DNA of 63,490 nt, counting the filler, from Octopus bimaculoides (Eukaryota), in NCBI RefSeq assembly GCF_001194135.2. It is 7 parts of 4 records of this genome, joined end to end, with 100 filler letters (N's around TTAATTAATTAA, not from the genome) between each part and the next. Parts side by side here need not be neighbours in the genome. Positions count along the whole stretch, not along the records: positions 30,141 to 56,025 come from NC_068982.1; 6 more parts are not named here. The stretch is one strand, 5' to 3'. The position numbers and the translations under genes were made by a program. Below, one piece after another: positions 41,410-55,152 of this stretch; position 1 is the first letter of the stretch; every line of letters begins with the position of its first letter. Under the pieces are notes generated by a model. It searched no databases, was not told the origin of the DNA, and saw nothing but the letters and a program-made list of their open reading frames with translations.

Positions 41410-42139
41410 GAGAGAGAGAAAGGTACTGATGTTAGTATGTGGTGATTGTGAATATGAGTTAGTGTATAACCTATCATGTGGATAGTCAATATCCTCAGAT
41501 TTTTAAAATTTATTTATGAATTAACAATCCAGTGTGTGTATGCTCTCATTTGTCAATCTTTTTTTTTAATCTTCTCGTCTTACCAAATACTGAAACTGGT
41601 GACGTCAAACCATATAATGTCAGTGTGTCCAATCATTGCCAAGAAATTCAGAGTTTAAAATCACTTTATTTCAAACTACATGACAAATCGCTATTAAAAA
41701 AAACAAAACAAAACAAAACATGTCATTGCTCAAAATAACACCAGCAACAGCAACAAGAAAAAGAAATACGAAATAACGGGTCACTTATAGTTGATTACTT
41801 TTCCTGTTTTCTACTTAAGTATTATTTTTACAAGAAATTAAAATGGTTGATGGCATAAGATTACGACAAATTTATCGTCTTTTTATAATGGAAACTTTTT
41901 TCTTATCCTTAAAGATGAGTTACCCTAAACATAAAAAATAACCCCGTCATTAACTCAAAGTGTTTGACACTGACTTTGAAAGGTAAACAAGCGGAAGTAT
42001 AAAAGGATAAGAACTCAGTCGTATGAGGCACCCACACTGGATATTTGCGAATGACTTAACTTTTCCTGTAAGTTCTAGTCTCTTTTGCGTATCATATAAT
42101 ACGTTAACCAAAATAGTAAAAAAGATAAAACAATATATA

Positions 42140-42540
42140 AATAAAACAACTGTTTGAGTTGTTGGCACTCCGTCGCTTACGACGTCGAGGGTTCCAGTTG
42201 ATCCGATCAACGGAACAGCCTGCTCGTGAAATTAACGTGCAAGTGGCTGAGAACTCCACAGACACGTGTGCCCTTAACGTAGTTCTCGGAGATATTCATA
42301 GTGACACAGTGTGACAAGGCTGGCCCTTTGAATTACAAGCACAACAGAAACAGCAAGAAAGGGTGAGAGAAAGTTGTGGTGAAAGAGTACAGAAGGGGTC
42401 GCCATCATCCCCTGCCAGAGCCTCGTGGAGCTTTAGGTGTTTTCGCTCAATAAACACTCAGAACGCCCGGTCTGGGAATCGAAACCGCGATCCTATGACC
42501 GCGAGTCCGCTGCCCTAACCACTGGGCCATTGCGCCTCCA
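42140..42540 (-). mobile_element. tRNA-derived SINE family B, full length
   Basis: Reverse complement of the 45 kb copy; flanks actgtt(t/a)gagt as probable TSD. Confidence 0.9.
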
Positions 42541-42997
42541 CACTGTTAGAGTATTCACACACAAACACACAACCGCTCCCTCTCTCTCGTAAGCACACTG
42601 TTATTCTAATACGAAGAGAATTATTGCAAGTCGCTATTTAAATCAAACATAAAATTGGCTAATTTGCATACCGCGCGTTCTCTTCTTGGAAAGAAGAATG
42701 AAGAAGTACTTGTCCTTTGATGATCGATCAACGAAACGTGAAATATGCCTGGACAATCGTTTTATATTATTTTTCTATATACTAAGGGAATAACGAAATG
42801 TATTAACACCCGCTTAAAAGTTTCCCAGGGAAAGAATTAAGACTTGCAGATTACCTACTTTACACATACACGCACGTGCGTGTGTGTACGTGTACGTGTA
42901 TGTGTGTGTGTACGTGCATGTGTGTGTGTACGTGTATGTGTGTGTGTACGTAATGAGTGGGAAGAGATGACGCTAAATATTCTACCAGCTCACAGCC

Positions 42998-42998
<1 letters not shown>

Positions 42999-43045
<47 letters not shown>

Positions 43046-43062
43046 TTAATATTAATATTATT

Positions 43063-43096
<34 letters not shown>

Positions 43097-43114
43097 TTAA
43101 TAATAATAATCATG

Positions 43115-43159
<45 letters not shown>

Positions 43160-43177
43160 TTAATAATAATAATCATG

Positions 43178-43230
<53 letters not shown>
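42999..43230. repeat. Interrupted (AAT)n microsatellite; other long (AAT)n tracts at about 3604-3733, 12950-13000 and 18038-18140
   Basis: Read directly from the sequence. Confidence 0.95.
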
Positions 43231-44518
43231 CTACGTGAATGTATATAAACACACGTACACACGCATAAACTGTGAATATGTATATGCGTATAAGCTACAT
43301 AAACTGTGAATTAGCTTTTTCTGAGGCTTAAAAAGTCGAAAACAATTATATTTCATGCTACAACTTCTGTAAAGTTTAGAGGTAGTAAAGTTTTAAAATA
43401 AAAAACCATATCGTTATTTCATTTGTGTTCTCATTTTACATAGCCATGTAAACTTATTCAATTAGTCTTTTCCTCTCTTCTTGTCACTGTTTCAAAGGAT
43501 AACTTTTTCTCAAAAACCTCGTCCTGTTCTCGGTATTCTTAAGTGTAGAAGAGCGAAGAAAGCCCATGGGTATTGTTTTCCATTGTGAAATTTGTTAATC
43601 TAATGTATAACTTTATTTAACCCTCAAGCTAATGTTTTATTCTTGGAGTCAAAGTCTGCTTTGTACGGAACAGAATTCATTGAAGAAGAACACCAAATGT
43701 AGTAGTGGTGGTGGTGTGGTGGTGGGGGAGACTGTAACAGTCACGCTAATAATGTCAGCGACAACGACGCTGATACTAACGTAATGATGATGATGATGAT
43801 TGAATGAGAATGCAATTCCATAGATTTTTGTGTGTGTATGAGTGTATGTATGTCTGCATGTTTATTATCAAGACATCTACACATATTCTAACATTGTATA
43901 TATTATTCATTGCAAGTTGCTACTGGCAGCATAACTAAATCTTGAACATTTTGCTAATGTACTAAAACAAGCGATACAGCCACTTCTAGGCATTGAAAGT
44001 CAAAACCAAACAGCATTCGGGTGTTTCCTTACGGAAGGAGAGAAACGGGAATATAAGGTCGTATGCAAAGGTCCTAATGGTACTAACGACTGGAAGGTGC
44101 ATATTTCAAACAAAGCATCGCCCCGATCTTATGTCATAGTTTAAGTTGATAAAATAATACTGATTGCTGAGGTGAGGAAGCATTGGGAAAGCAATACGGA
44201 GTGGGCATATGAAAGGAAGGGCCTAGAATATAAGGTACTCTGGTTAGGCACGACGTTAACCGTATATTTCACTTCCAGGGAAGGTGATGATGTCATGAGT
44301 GTATAGCTAGATCTGTGNNNNNNNNNNNNNNNNNNNNNNNNNNNNNNNNNNNNNNNNNNNNNNNNNNNNNNNNNNNNNNNNNNNNNNNNNNNNNNNNNNN
44401 NNNNNNNNNNNNNNNNNNNNNNNNNNNNNNNNNNNNNNNNNNNNNNNNNNNNNNNNNNNNNNNNNNNNNNNNNNNNNNNNNNNNNNNNNNNNNNNNNNNN
44501 NNNNNNNNNNNNNNNNNN

Positions 44519-44812
44519 GCGAAGACACCTCAAGCTCCACGAGGCTCCGGCAGGGGATGGTAGCGAACCCTGTTGTACTCTTTCACCACAACTTTCTCTC
44601 ACTCTTTCTTCCTGTTTCTGTTGTACATTTAATTCAAAGGGTCAGCCTTGTCACACTGTGTCACGCTGAATATCCCCGAGAACTACGTTAAGGGTACACG
44701 TGTCTGTGGATTGCTCAGCCACTTGCACGTTAATTTCACAAGCAGGCTGTTCCGTTGATCGGATCAACTGGAACCTTCGACGTCGTAAGCGACGGAGTGC
44801 CAACAAACAACA
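44519..44812 (+). mobile_element. SINE family B, head lost in gap
   Basis: Matches the body and 3' end of the 45 kb copy. Confidence 0.88.
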
Positions 44813-45364
44813 ATAGCTAGAACCACAATGTCATAAATGACTGGCACTGGATTAAGGAATGATACTGGAGTGTTGATTGGTGCAATGCAGAGAAAGTAGA
44901 GAATTCATCATGGATAAGGCATAGGCAAGAAAAAAAATTAAAAGACCAAAGCTGAGAGCGAAGTGCAAATAGTTAGGTAGTGGCCAAACAAAATAAGTGG
45001 TGTATAATGGCCTACATTTCTCGAAGTTAGCTGGTGTCATACTGCCAGCAATTTAAGCACTCCCAAACCACTCGCCTCCCTATTTATCTTTGTTTCATTC
45101 AACACTCAGCTTCGCGCCAACAACTATGCGTAGTCTTTCCACCCCGAACATTGAAACTCTGCAGTATCTTCTTTGCTTATGTCTTTGTTACAAGTGCTGA
45201 TCTGTAACAATCTAAGCGTTAACGGTATCGAGCTCATCGGACTCAATGGGAGTGTAACGTCCATTCATGGTCACTGTCCACCTCTCCCAGATTCAGCAAG
45301 TAAAGATAAAGAAAAACAATTGTTGACGTATAACAAAATAGTTGACTGCATGAATAACAAGAAG

Positions 45365-45754
45365 TGGAGGCGCAATGGCCCAGTGGTTTAGGGCAGCGGA
45401 CTCGCGGTCGTAGGATCGCGGTTTCGATTCCCAGACCGAGCGTTGTGAGTGTTTATTGAGCGAAAACACCTAAAGCTCCACGAGGCTCCGGCAGGGGATG
45501 GTGGCGAACCCTGCTGTACTCTTTCACCACAACTTTCTCTCACTCTATCTTCCTGTTTCTGTTGTACCTGTATTTCAAAGGGCCAGCCTTGTCACACTCT
45601 GTGTCACGCTGAATCTCCCCCGAGAACTACGTTAAGGGTACACGTGTCTGTGGAGTGCTCAGCCACTTGCACGTTAATTTCACGAGCAGGCTGTTCCGTT
45701 GATCGGATCAACTGGAACCGTCGTCGACGTAACCGACGGAGTGCCAACCACCAA
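45365..45754 (+). mobile_element. tRNA-derived SINE family B, full length, with 13-bp TSD
   Basis: A-box tggcccagtgg and B-box ggtttcgattcc. TSD gaataacaagaag at 45352-45364 and 45755-45767. Confidence 0.92.
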
Positions 45755-46749
45755 GAATAACAAGAAGAAAACGAAGCGCATTATGATGTAGGCTTAAACA
45801 TTTTACGTAATAACTGGCAGCATCTACGTTGCTTTGCAACGTTGGAAAGAACGATAAGGTCAGAAGCTACCGACATCGTATCGATCTCCAGTCGACAGAT
45901 GATGAAGGGAATGTCCCGGAGTACATACAAGCTGTATGTAAAATATTTAATTACATACACACGCGCATGCACGTACAAATACGTGTATGTGATTTCTGTT
46001 ATTATTATTTTTTTTTCTAATGTATTTTTCAGCAATAGCATAGAAGTCAGGTAGGGTTGAGTCTATTTGCAAGTGATAAAAGAATACATTGAAACTGGGT
46101 TCCCTGTCTATTTGTCATGTTACAATAAATAGTATCTACAGTAACGCTGTAATATCTATCAACTTGTCCAACTACTAGTCTTAATTCGGCAAATATTTAC
46201 ACTGCTCTACGTAAAATATATTTTGCTGTTTATGTTATCATTAATATCTTCAGCATTTATTTCCTGACATACTTCGAACCCTGTCTTACGCCATTATTCC
46301 TCGTTTTTCCCCCCATTTTTTTTTTTATCTACGACACTTCCTGTTTAATTCATATAACATTTATTTTTTGTTTTTGTTTTTATCTTTACTTTTTACTTTG
46401 CTTTTCTTTTTAACTGCCAAGTTTCAGTTTCGTCTTAATGCTAAAAAATTCAAGAAAAATATTGTGAGAGGAGCCAACCGTTTTAATGAACCACACACAC
46501 ACACACACACACATTTGTAGATATATTTTGATGCAATTGACTATTACTCCCTTATAGCCAATACTCAGAGTTTCAAACCAGGTGGCCGTCTTCAAATTGC
46601 ACGAAAGAAAAAAAAAAGTGAAAAACAATGAAAAAGCAGTACTAGTAACGGACTTACAACACATTGCGTCTCGAGCGGATCTGCAGCTTAAATTTCCGGT
46701 CTATTTACATATGGACCGATGTTTATTTATGTTCGATCGACTGTATGTA

Positions 46750-46794
<45 letters not shown>

Positions 46795-46795
<1 letters not shown>

Positions 46796-47215
46796 CTATT
46801 TTCTAATTATTATAAATCTTCCGCTGAGTAGAGAGTCGGTGTCCAACAAAGATACAAGGCTCTATCTTTGGGATGTAGTTATAACACAGACAAATTCACA
46901 TTTAGAACTTGAGAAAAGTCTTGCATATTTTTACTGTTCCATTCACGTACTTGTAATGTTCGAATTAGCCGGTCGATTTCTCATTCTGAAAATCCCAGTT
47001 TATTCAGATTCTCCTCTAAGCATTTATTAACAAAACCCAGTGCTCCAATTATTATTGGTATGAATATGAATTCATAGTCTGGTTATAGAAGCTGGAGGTT
47101 TCGAAGCAGTTGTCCACAGGTATCCTCTTTTTCTTCGATTTTCAAAGAAATATTTATATCTGTAGAGCAGCTGACCTCTATGATGGTACATACCTTTGCT
47201 CCTCTGTTATATATA
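46795..47215 (-). mobile_element. RLE-type LINE 3' fragment, family A
   Basis: TIIEVSC..DINISLKIEEKEDTCGQLLRNLQLL and a 3'UTR matching the 55 kb and 60 kb copies; followed by (AC)n. Confidence 0.8.
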
Positions 47216-47644
47216 TATATATNNNNNNNNNNNNNNNNNNNNNNNNNNNNNNNNNNNNNNNNNNNNNNNNNNNNNNNNNNNNNNNNNNNNNNNNNNNNNN
47301 NNNNNNNNNNNNNNNNNNNNNNNNNNNNNNNNNNNNNNNNNNNNNNNNNNNNNNNNNNNNNNNNNNNNNNNNNNNNNNNNNNNNNNNNNNNNNNNNNNNN
47401 NNNNNNNNNNNNNNNNNNNNNNNNNNNNNNNNNNNNNNNNNNNNNNNNNNNNNNNNNNNNNNNNNNNNNNNNNNNNNNNNNNNNNNNNNNNNNNNNNNNN
47501 NNNNNNNNNNNNNNNNNNNNNNNNNNNNNNNNNNNNNNNNNNNNNNNNNNNNNNNNNNNNNNNNNNNNNNNNNNNNNNNNNNNNNNNNNNNNNNNNNNNN
47601 NNNNNNNNNNNNNNNNNNNNNNNNNNNNNNNNNNNNNNNATATA

Positions 47645-48791
47645 TATATGTGCTCAGAGTGAAAGGTAGACTGTATGATGCCTGTGTAGCGAATAGCCAT
47701 GCTACACGACAGTGAGACATGGGCTGTGACTACTGAGGACATGCGTAGGCTTGTAAGAAATGAAGCTAGTATGCTCCGTTGGATGTGTAATGTCAGAGTG
47801 CATGTACGACAGAGTCTAAGCGTTCTGAGAAAAAAGTTGGATATAAGAAGAGATGTAGTGTGCAAGACAGACGACTGCGCTGGTATGGTCATGTGATGCG
47901 TATGGATGAGGATTGCTGTGTGAAGAAGTGTCGCACTCTAACGGTGGAGGGAACCTGTGGAAGAGATAGACCTATGGGATGAGGTGGTGAAGAACGATCT
48001 TCGAATGTTGGGTCTCACAGAAGCAATGACAAACGACCGAGACCTTTGGAGATATGCTGTGCTTGAGAAGACCCGTCAAGCCAAATGGAATCGGATGCCA
48101 GTGTCGCGTAACTGGCCCTTAAAAGTACCCTTCTGTTTTTGAGGCGATATACTGCGCTTAGGAAGACTTGTCGAACAGAGTGAAAACATAGTCGTGGCCG
48201 ATGCCAGAGTCGCTTGACTGGCACGTAAAAAGCACCGTTTGTGCGTTGAGCCTCACGGAGGCAGTGACTTCAAGCCAAGTGAGATTGTAGTCGTGGCTGA
48301 TGCCAGTCTCACGTAGCTGGCTCGTTAAAAGTACCCTTCAATCGTTGGGCGATATGGTGTGCTTGTGAAGACCTGTTAAGCCGAGTGAAATTGTAGTCGT
48401 GGTCGATGCCAGTGCCGTCTGATTGGCACCTGCGCTGGTAGCAAGTAAAAAGCACCATTCGAGCGTTGGACCTCATGGAGGTAGTGACAGGTAACCAAAA
48501 CTCTTGGCAATATACCGTGCTTGTGTTGACCTGTCAAGCCAAATGAGACCGTAGTCGTGGCCGGTGCCGGTGTCATGTCTATGGCACCTGTGCCGGTGGC
48601 ACATAAAAAGTACTCACTACACTTTCGGAGTGGTTGGCATTAGGAAAGGCATCTAATCGTAGAAACCTCGCCAATTCAGAGTGGAACCTGGCGCAGCCCC
48701 TCCGATTTACCAGTTCCCAGTCAAACCGTCCAACCCATGACAGCATGGAAAGCGGACGTTAAACAAGGATGATGATGATGATGATGATGAT
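47645..48791 (+). mobile_element. RTE-clade LINE 3' fragment with repetitive 3'UTR and (GAT)n tail
   Basis: RVKGRLYDACV..AMLHDSETWAVT...RLRWYGHVMRM...WDEVVKNDLRMLGL...DRDLWR; (GAT)n at about 48769-48791. Confidence 0.88.
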
Positions 48792-50640
48792 AATATAGTC
48801 AAATGACTGAACCAAGTGAAAGAATAAAAGAATATATAACTATATAACTATTTAATATTGTGCCTACATATATCATACACAAATCATCATATATACACAT
48901 AGAGGCACATGTACTCGCACAGAGAAACCCGCTATTCTACAAAACCTTTCCCGACCTTATTTCTAAGTGCAAAACTCAATAGTAATTCGAACTAAAACCT
49001 TACCAAATACTAACGAGGGAAATTACTAACTAGACGACGATTAAACCTTGTACGGTTTAACATACTTATTATGTAGATCTTATTTTTACTAATATTTATT
49101 CCTATTAATATTAAAAATGACAGTGTGTAGTAGAGCCTAGCAAATTCTTTTCTCACGCTAGTAGATATTAAAATACACACTCTGTTATAGAACTTCAATT
49201 CTTTTAAATAGCTGTCCCCTGCACACAAAGAATAGCACTAGCAGCCTATATCTTTGTGTTACGAGACAAGCTGCACATTGTCAATCTTAATTTTGTGATA
49301 CAAGGGCTTTTTCTGTTATCCATATCGGTCATCTATAGATAACATCATGCGTATTACAACTTTATATCTCTATATGAGTTAGAAAGGCAGATAATATACA
49401 TCACCACAGTGAGACCCCAGGGATTTGAGCTAACCGGATTTCACTTCCCTGATTGCTATAGTTACTGGCGCTTCTTTGATCTGTATATAACTGACCCAGT
49501 CAGTTGGCCGCCTTAGGCTGGATTTCCTTTTCATTTTCTTTAATACTTTCACAGTACGTCACGCATTTATTTATATATTTTATTATTATTATCATTTTTT
49601 TTTGCCTAGTGGTCACGGCATGATACACAGCTCTCCCTAATGACCGTCTGGTTTGTAACACTACACAAAAATGGTAAAGCTTTATTCCCACCACTCTTGC
49701 CTGTCTTTCGTTATTCTCTAGCCATCTTACTTTCCTAATTATTTCATGCCTTCTCTATTATTCTGCTTTCTTTCCCATATAAAATCGTTAGTCTGACAAA
49801 TAGATTCCAAATATTTTTCTTTAATAGCTATTATCTTTTCTCATTCACTGTTTTGTCTATCTTAGCTTTCCGCCAGCACCAGCATCGTTTTCTAAAAGAT
49901 CCATTATTTTAAACACAAACTTGCTTGATCGGAATGCTTTGTTATTATTCCCAATTCCTTTGTCTTCAGTTACCAAATTTCTGTAGTTAATACATATGCT
50001 AAAATGTAATTTCTACTTTAATGATCTACCATCGAGCATATATTTTGTTTCCATTAATTTTTTTAAAATATAATTTACTTCTTTGTTCTCCATGAATTTA
50101 TTTTTGAATTTATTTTTCATATATCATTGTTGCTACATTATATATACCCTTTGGTTGAATCGGTTGTCGCTGATTGGAGGCAAGGCATTCTAACTCTGGT
50201 TTTCACGCACAGGGTGAACTCACGTCAAAAGGCTTAGCTCTAAAAGAGTCGTGGTGTAAGGTAATTATGAGTGTAGGACTCTCTTGCATTATATATATAT
50301 ATATATATNNNNNNNNNNNNNNNNNNNNNNNNNNNNNNNNNNNNNNNNNNNNNNNNNNNNNNNNNNNNNNNNNNNNNNNNNNNNNNNNNNNNNNNNNNNN
50401 NNNNNNNNNNNNNNNNNNNNNNNNNNNNNNNNNNNNNNNNNNNNNNNNNNNNNNNNNNNNNNNNNNNNNNNNNNNNNNNNNNNNNNNNNNNNNNNNNNNN
50501 NNNNNNNNNNNNNNNNNNNNNNNNNNNNNNNNNNNNNNNNNNNNNNNNNNNNNNNNNNNNNNNNNNNNNNNNNNNNNNNNNNNNNNNNNNNNNNNNNNNN
50601 NNNNNNNNNNNNNNNNNNNNNNNNNNNNNNNNNNNNNNNN

Positions 50641-51846
50641 AAGTAAATAGACACCCTTATAATCATTAACATTGATTTAAATCTGAAATTATACATTCAA
50701 ATTATTTATTAATTGTTATAATGTGAATATTTAATACTTAGTAGACATGCCCTTTGCATTTTTCAATACAAGCACCCTATTAGGCATGTTACTGATCAGC
50801 TGACCAATATTCTCTTCCGGAATTTCTTGCGAAGTTTCATGCAGTAACCTCAAAAGATCTGGCTTTGAAAATGCTTTCTTGTTCTTTTTATGAAGTGTCC
50901 TGTCCATTATGTCTCAGAGGTGTTCAATAGGGTTCATATCTGGTGACTGGCTTGGCCATGGAAGCTTTTTAATGCCATTCTCATCCAACAAATCTTGGTT
51001 CATTTTAGCTGTGTGACAAGGAGCCCCCATCTTCCATAAATAAAGAGTCTTCTTTAATTATTTCACCACTGGAGAAGATCAGGAGTCCTTTCTGAAATAT
51101 GGACACATATCTATCTGAGTTTATTGTTCCAAATTGCTCCCCCAGACCATCACAGAATAGCTACCGTGTTTCATTGTTGGCTGCAATCTTTTCACATCAA
51201 ATTCTTGATTGCAGAGTCTCCAGACCCACACTCCACCACTGTCAGGAAATACAGCAAATCTGGACTCATCAGAGAATATGACAGTGTCCCAAAATGCTAG
51301 TGGCTTCTCCGCCATCTCACTGGCCCAATCTTTTCTCTGCTTGATGTTGGCTGGTCGAAAAAATGGCTTCTTTCTTGCTGCTCTGCTATAGTATCCAAGT
51401 TTGTGAAGATACCTAACATCTGTTCTGGGACTGACATCAACTTGTCCTGCTATGTCAGAGGCTTTGCAACGAGGTTTATCCTCCACACTTCTCTTAGCAA
51501 GGAGAAAGGTCCTATCAGAGGACTCTAGTTGATCTAGGTGAGATGATGTGGACTCCTTCTCCTCTCTGGTGAATTGCACAATCACTCTATTAAAGTGGTA
51601 TCACAAGGTTTTTTTGCGATTTTACGCTGAACCTGTCCACCTTCAGAATGACCCACAATACGGATTCTTTGAAATTCAGACAGTTCCAAGGCTACTTTTG
51701 TACATGGCACGATTAAACAATCACGTGTAGAACCCGAAACATAAAAATATCAATTCATAAATAAAAGTATAAACCGTTACAAGTTATAATAAACATAAAA
51801 CGATGTTTTATGGGGTGTCTATTTACTTCTGTCACGTCTTTGTATA
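50641..51846 (-). mobile_element. Tc1-like (DD34E) transposon, degenerate
   Basis: Motifs [33 protein letters not shown] and [13 protein letters not shown], with stops and frameshifts. TIR aagtaaatagacaccc at 50641 (outer part in gap) matches its inverse gggtgtctatttacttctgtcacgtctttgta at about 51813-51844. Confidence 0.9.
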
Positions 51847-52646
51847 TATNNNNNNNNNNNNNNNNNNNNNNNNNNNNNNNNNNNNNNNNNNNNNNNNNNN
51901 NNNNNNNNNNNNNNNNNNNNNNNNNNNNNNNNNNNNNNNNNNNNNNNNNNNNNNNNNNNNNNNNNNNNNNNNNNNNNNNNNNNNNNNNNNNNNNNNNNNN
52001 NNNNNNNNNNNNNNNNNNNNNNNNNNNNNNNNNNNNNNNNNNNNNNNNNNNNNNNNNNNNNNNNNNNNNNNNNNNNNNNNNNNNNNNNNNNNNNNNNNNN
52101 NNNNNNNNNNNNNNNNNNNNNNNNNNNNNNNNNNNNNNNNNNNNNNNNNNNNNNNNNNNNNNNNNNNNNNNNNNNNNNNNNNNNNNNNNNNNNNNNNNNN
52201 NNNNNNNNNNNNNNNNNNNNNNNNNNNNNNNNNNNNNNNNNNNNNNNNNNNNNNNNNNNNNNNNNNNNNNNNNNNNNNNNNNNNNNNNNNNNNNNNNNNN
52301 NNNNNNNNNNNNNNNNNNNNNNNNNNNNNNNNNNNNNNNNNNNNNNNNNNNNNNNNNNNNNNNNNNNNNNNNNNNNNNNNNNNNNNNNNNNNNNNNNNNN
52401 NNNNNNNNNNNNNNNNNNNNNNNNNNNNNNNNNNNNNNNNNNNNNNNNNNNNNNNNNNNNNNNNNNNNNNNNNNNNNNNNNNNNNNNNNNNNNNNNNNNN
52501 NNNNNNNNNNNNNNNNNNNNNNNNNNNNNNNNNNNNNNNNNNNNNNNNNNNNNNNNNNNNNNNNNNNNNNNNNNNNNNNNNNNNNNNNNNNNNNNNNNNN
52601 NNNNNNNNNNNNNNNNNNNNNNNNNNNNNNNNNNNNNNNNNNNNNN

Positions 52647-52707
<61 letters not shown>

Positions 52708-53695
52708 ACTCACGCGCGTGCATACGTATTCACAACCTATTTTAATTGAATAATTCTGATGAAGGTAAAGATTATGAAGTTAAACTTTTCTCATCACGGG
52801 AAGCGAATTTGTGGCTTTAGATATTAAAATAATGAAATAATTAGAATCAATTCCCTATCAAAATTAAACTGACGTAATAGTACGACGTTACCCACTCTAT
52901 AGTTTTTAGAAACCCTTTCAATGCCATAAGTAGAGATATTTTCAATCTATCATCCAATAGACAACTCTTCCATTATTCAAGTCTCTTATGAGGACACGCT
53001 CTTTACTACTTGATCGATTCAAGGGTAAACTTACTCACCTAATTCCCCTACAAACTAAGAAAAGTTTCCCTTAATATCACGTGATTCCAGCTCCACCGTT
53101 CAATCAATATAAACTGAATATCATAAAAACCTTTCTAACTTAAAGAGATACTGTTTTCGCTCCTTACCATAAGTACAGAAAAATTTTAATCATTTTAGCT
53201 TTTTAATATGCAGTCTTAAATTAGAACTACAAAACTCTCAAGCTACATGTTCATATATTACATAAATCTTGTAACGCAGAAGATATTACTATTAGGTTAC
53301 CTATATAAAACGAAACTCCAATTTGGAAGGCATGGAATTCATAGCCTTGACCGAAGGAAAATTAAACAATTTAAGACCATAATTCACTTTCAGATGTATT
53401 GAAAAAAGAAATGCGACAATTAAAAGTAAAGGTTTCTAACTACAACATTTTTATGGAATATTATTGGAGGCTATAACCTCTATAAGAACAGGAACAAATA
53501 ATGTGACCTTTGCGCAGAGAAAAGAAAAATCTTTAAAAACCGACATAACTTTGAACTTTAATTAAACACTATGTTGGAGGTATTTGTGAAGTGCAGATAT
53601 TGTGAGAAACACTTTCACTTAACTAATTGCACATATATTCACGGATATATTTTGACATATGTTTGTAGTTCAATCCCCAGTTTCATTTTTATTGA

Positions 53696-53797
53696 TTCTT
53701 CTTCTTCTTCTTCTTCTTCTTCTTCTTCTTCTTCTTCTTCTTCTTCTTCTTCTTCTTCTTCTTCTTCTTCTTCTTCTTCTTCTTCTTCTTCTTCTTT
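53696..53797. repeat. (CTT)n microsatellite
   Basis: Read directly; one of many (AC)n, (AT)n, (AG)n, (ATAG)n, (ACAT)n, (AGT)n, (GAT)n and (GGT)n tracts in the window. Confidence 0.95.
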
Positions 53798-53878
53798 CTG
53801 CTATGTATATTGAAGATTTTATCCTGTGTTTGTATGTTTCTCCCCCTCTCTCTCTCAATATATATACGTATATATATA

Positions 53879-53919
<41 letters not shown>

Positions 53920-54542
53920 ATCTCTGTGTGTGTGTGTGTGTGTGTGTCTGTGTGTGTGCGTGTGCGTGCGTGTGTATTTATGTGCATTTTATGTATGTAA
54001 ATCCGCACTCAAAATGCACATAAATATGTGGTTTTGATAATTTGTTATGAATTCCGTTGATGTGAGAAAACACGTGCCACATGAGTTGTGGTAGATCACA
54101 TAGAGGGGTACATATTCTCATTTCCCCAACATCAACCCTAAAGTAATAGTAATAAAAAAAAAACTCAATATAGAATAAGTTTCTAAGATATAAATAAAGC
54201 AAAAGAGAAACGGTATAAGATTGCGTGTACGAAACTATTTTCTTTTATGCAACAGTGTGCTTCTTTCTTAAGTGTCAGTTTAGAGAGCTAAGACCTCTTG
54301 TAAATAACAGAGAAACAAAAAACTGTACAAAGCTTTCTGATAATTTCTTTAAAGAAAGTTTCTCGCAACATATGTTTACATTCAGACATTCAGAATGACA
54401 CTTCGCCACTTATTTGCCGAAATATATCTGGAGCTTAAAGGATGATAATACCAACAATTATAAAACTGATCGACTTGATGCGTCCCTTTACAAATCCAGA
54501 AGATGTAAATTTTGTTTTTCGGAGTAGTATAACATTCTATAG

Positions 54543-54918
54543 TGGAGGCGCAATGGCTCAGTGGTTAGGGCAGCGGACTCGCGGTCATAGGATCGCAGTT
54601 TCGATTCCCAGACCGGGCGTTGTGAGTGTTTATTGAGTGAAAACACCTAAAGCTCCACGAGGCTCCGGCAGGGGATGATGGCGAAGCCTGCTGTACTCTT
54701 TCACCACAACTTTCTTTCACTCTTTCTTCCTGTTTCTGTTGTACCTGTATTTCAAAGGGCCAGCCTTATCACACTGTGTCACGCTGAATATCCCCGAGAA
54801 CTACGTTAAGGGTACACGTGTCTGTGGAGTGCTCAGCCACTTGCACGTTAATTTCACGAGCAGGCTGTTCCGTTGATCGGATCAACTAGAACCCTCGACG
54901 TCGTAAGCGACGGAGTGC
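54543..54918 (+). mobile_element. tRNA-derived SINE family B, full length
   Basis: Near-identical to 45365-45754; A-rich tail; ttctata on both flanks. Confidence 0.92.
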
Positions 54919-55089
54919 AAAAAAAAAAGAAAAAAAAAACTTTCTATAAGGTTATTCGTAATTTTGTATTAAAGATCAAAATCGGCGAATTCTTAAGGGT
55001 ATTTTATCGCTACACACTGAGAAATTTCTATAAACTAATGCAATGATACATAAAAGTATATCTTACCTACATACAAATATATACACGTG

Positions 55090-55121
<32 letters not shown>

Positions 55122-55152
55122 TGTATGTATGTATGTATGTATGTATGTATGT

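Noticed and set aside
45365-45440. tRNA-like sequences (also 54543, 42540, 32259, 3533, 37981) as tRNA genes
   Set aside because: Acceptor stems are degraded and each continues into a repeat body; they are SINE/PLE heads.
49590-49690. TRRSLGRAVYHAV as hephaestin exon 2 (RIG..YKKAVY)
   Set aside because: Superficial resemblance; lacks YKK/YTD and suitable splice sites.
53030-53115. Minus-strand AG|GTGAGT donor with upstream CAG as candidate exon 2
   Set aside because: Stops in all three frames and no cupredoxin motif; at most a non-coding or cryptic exon.
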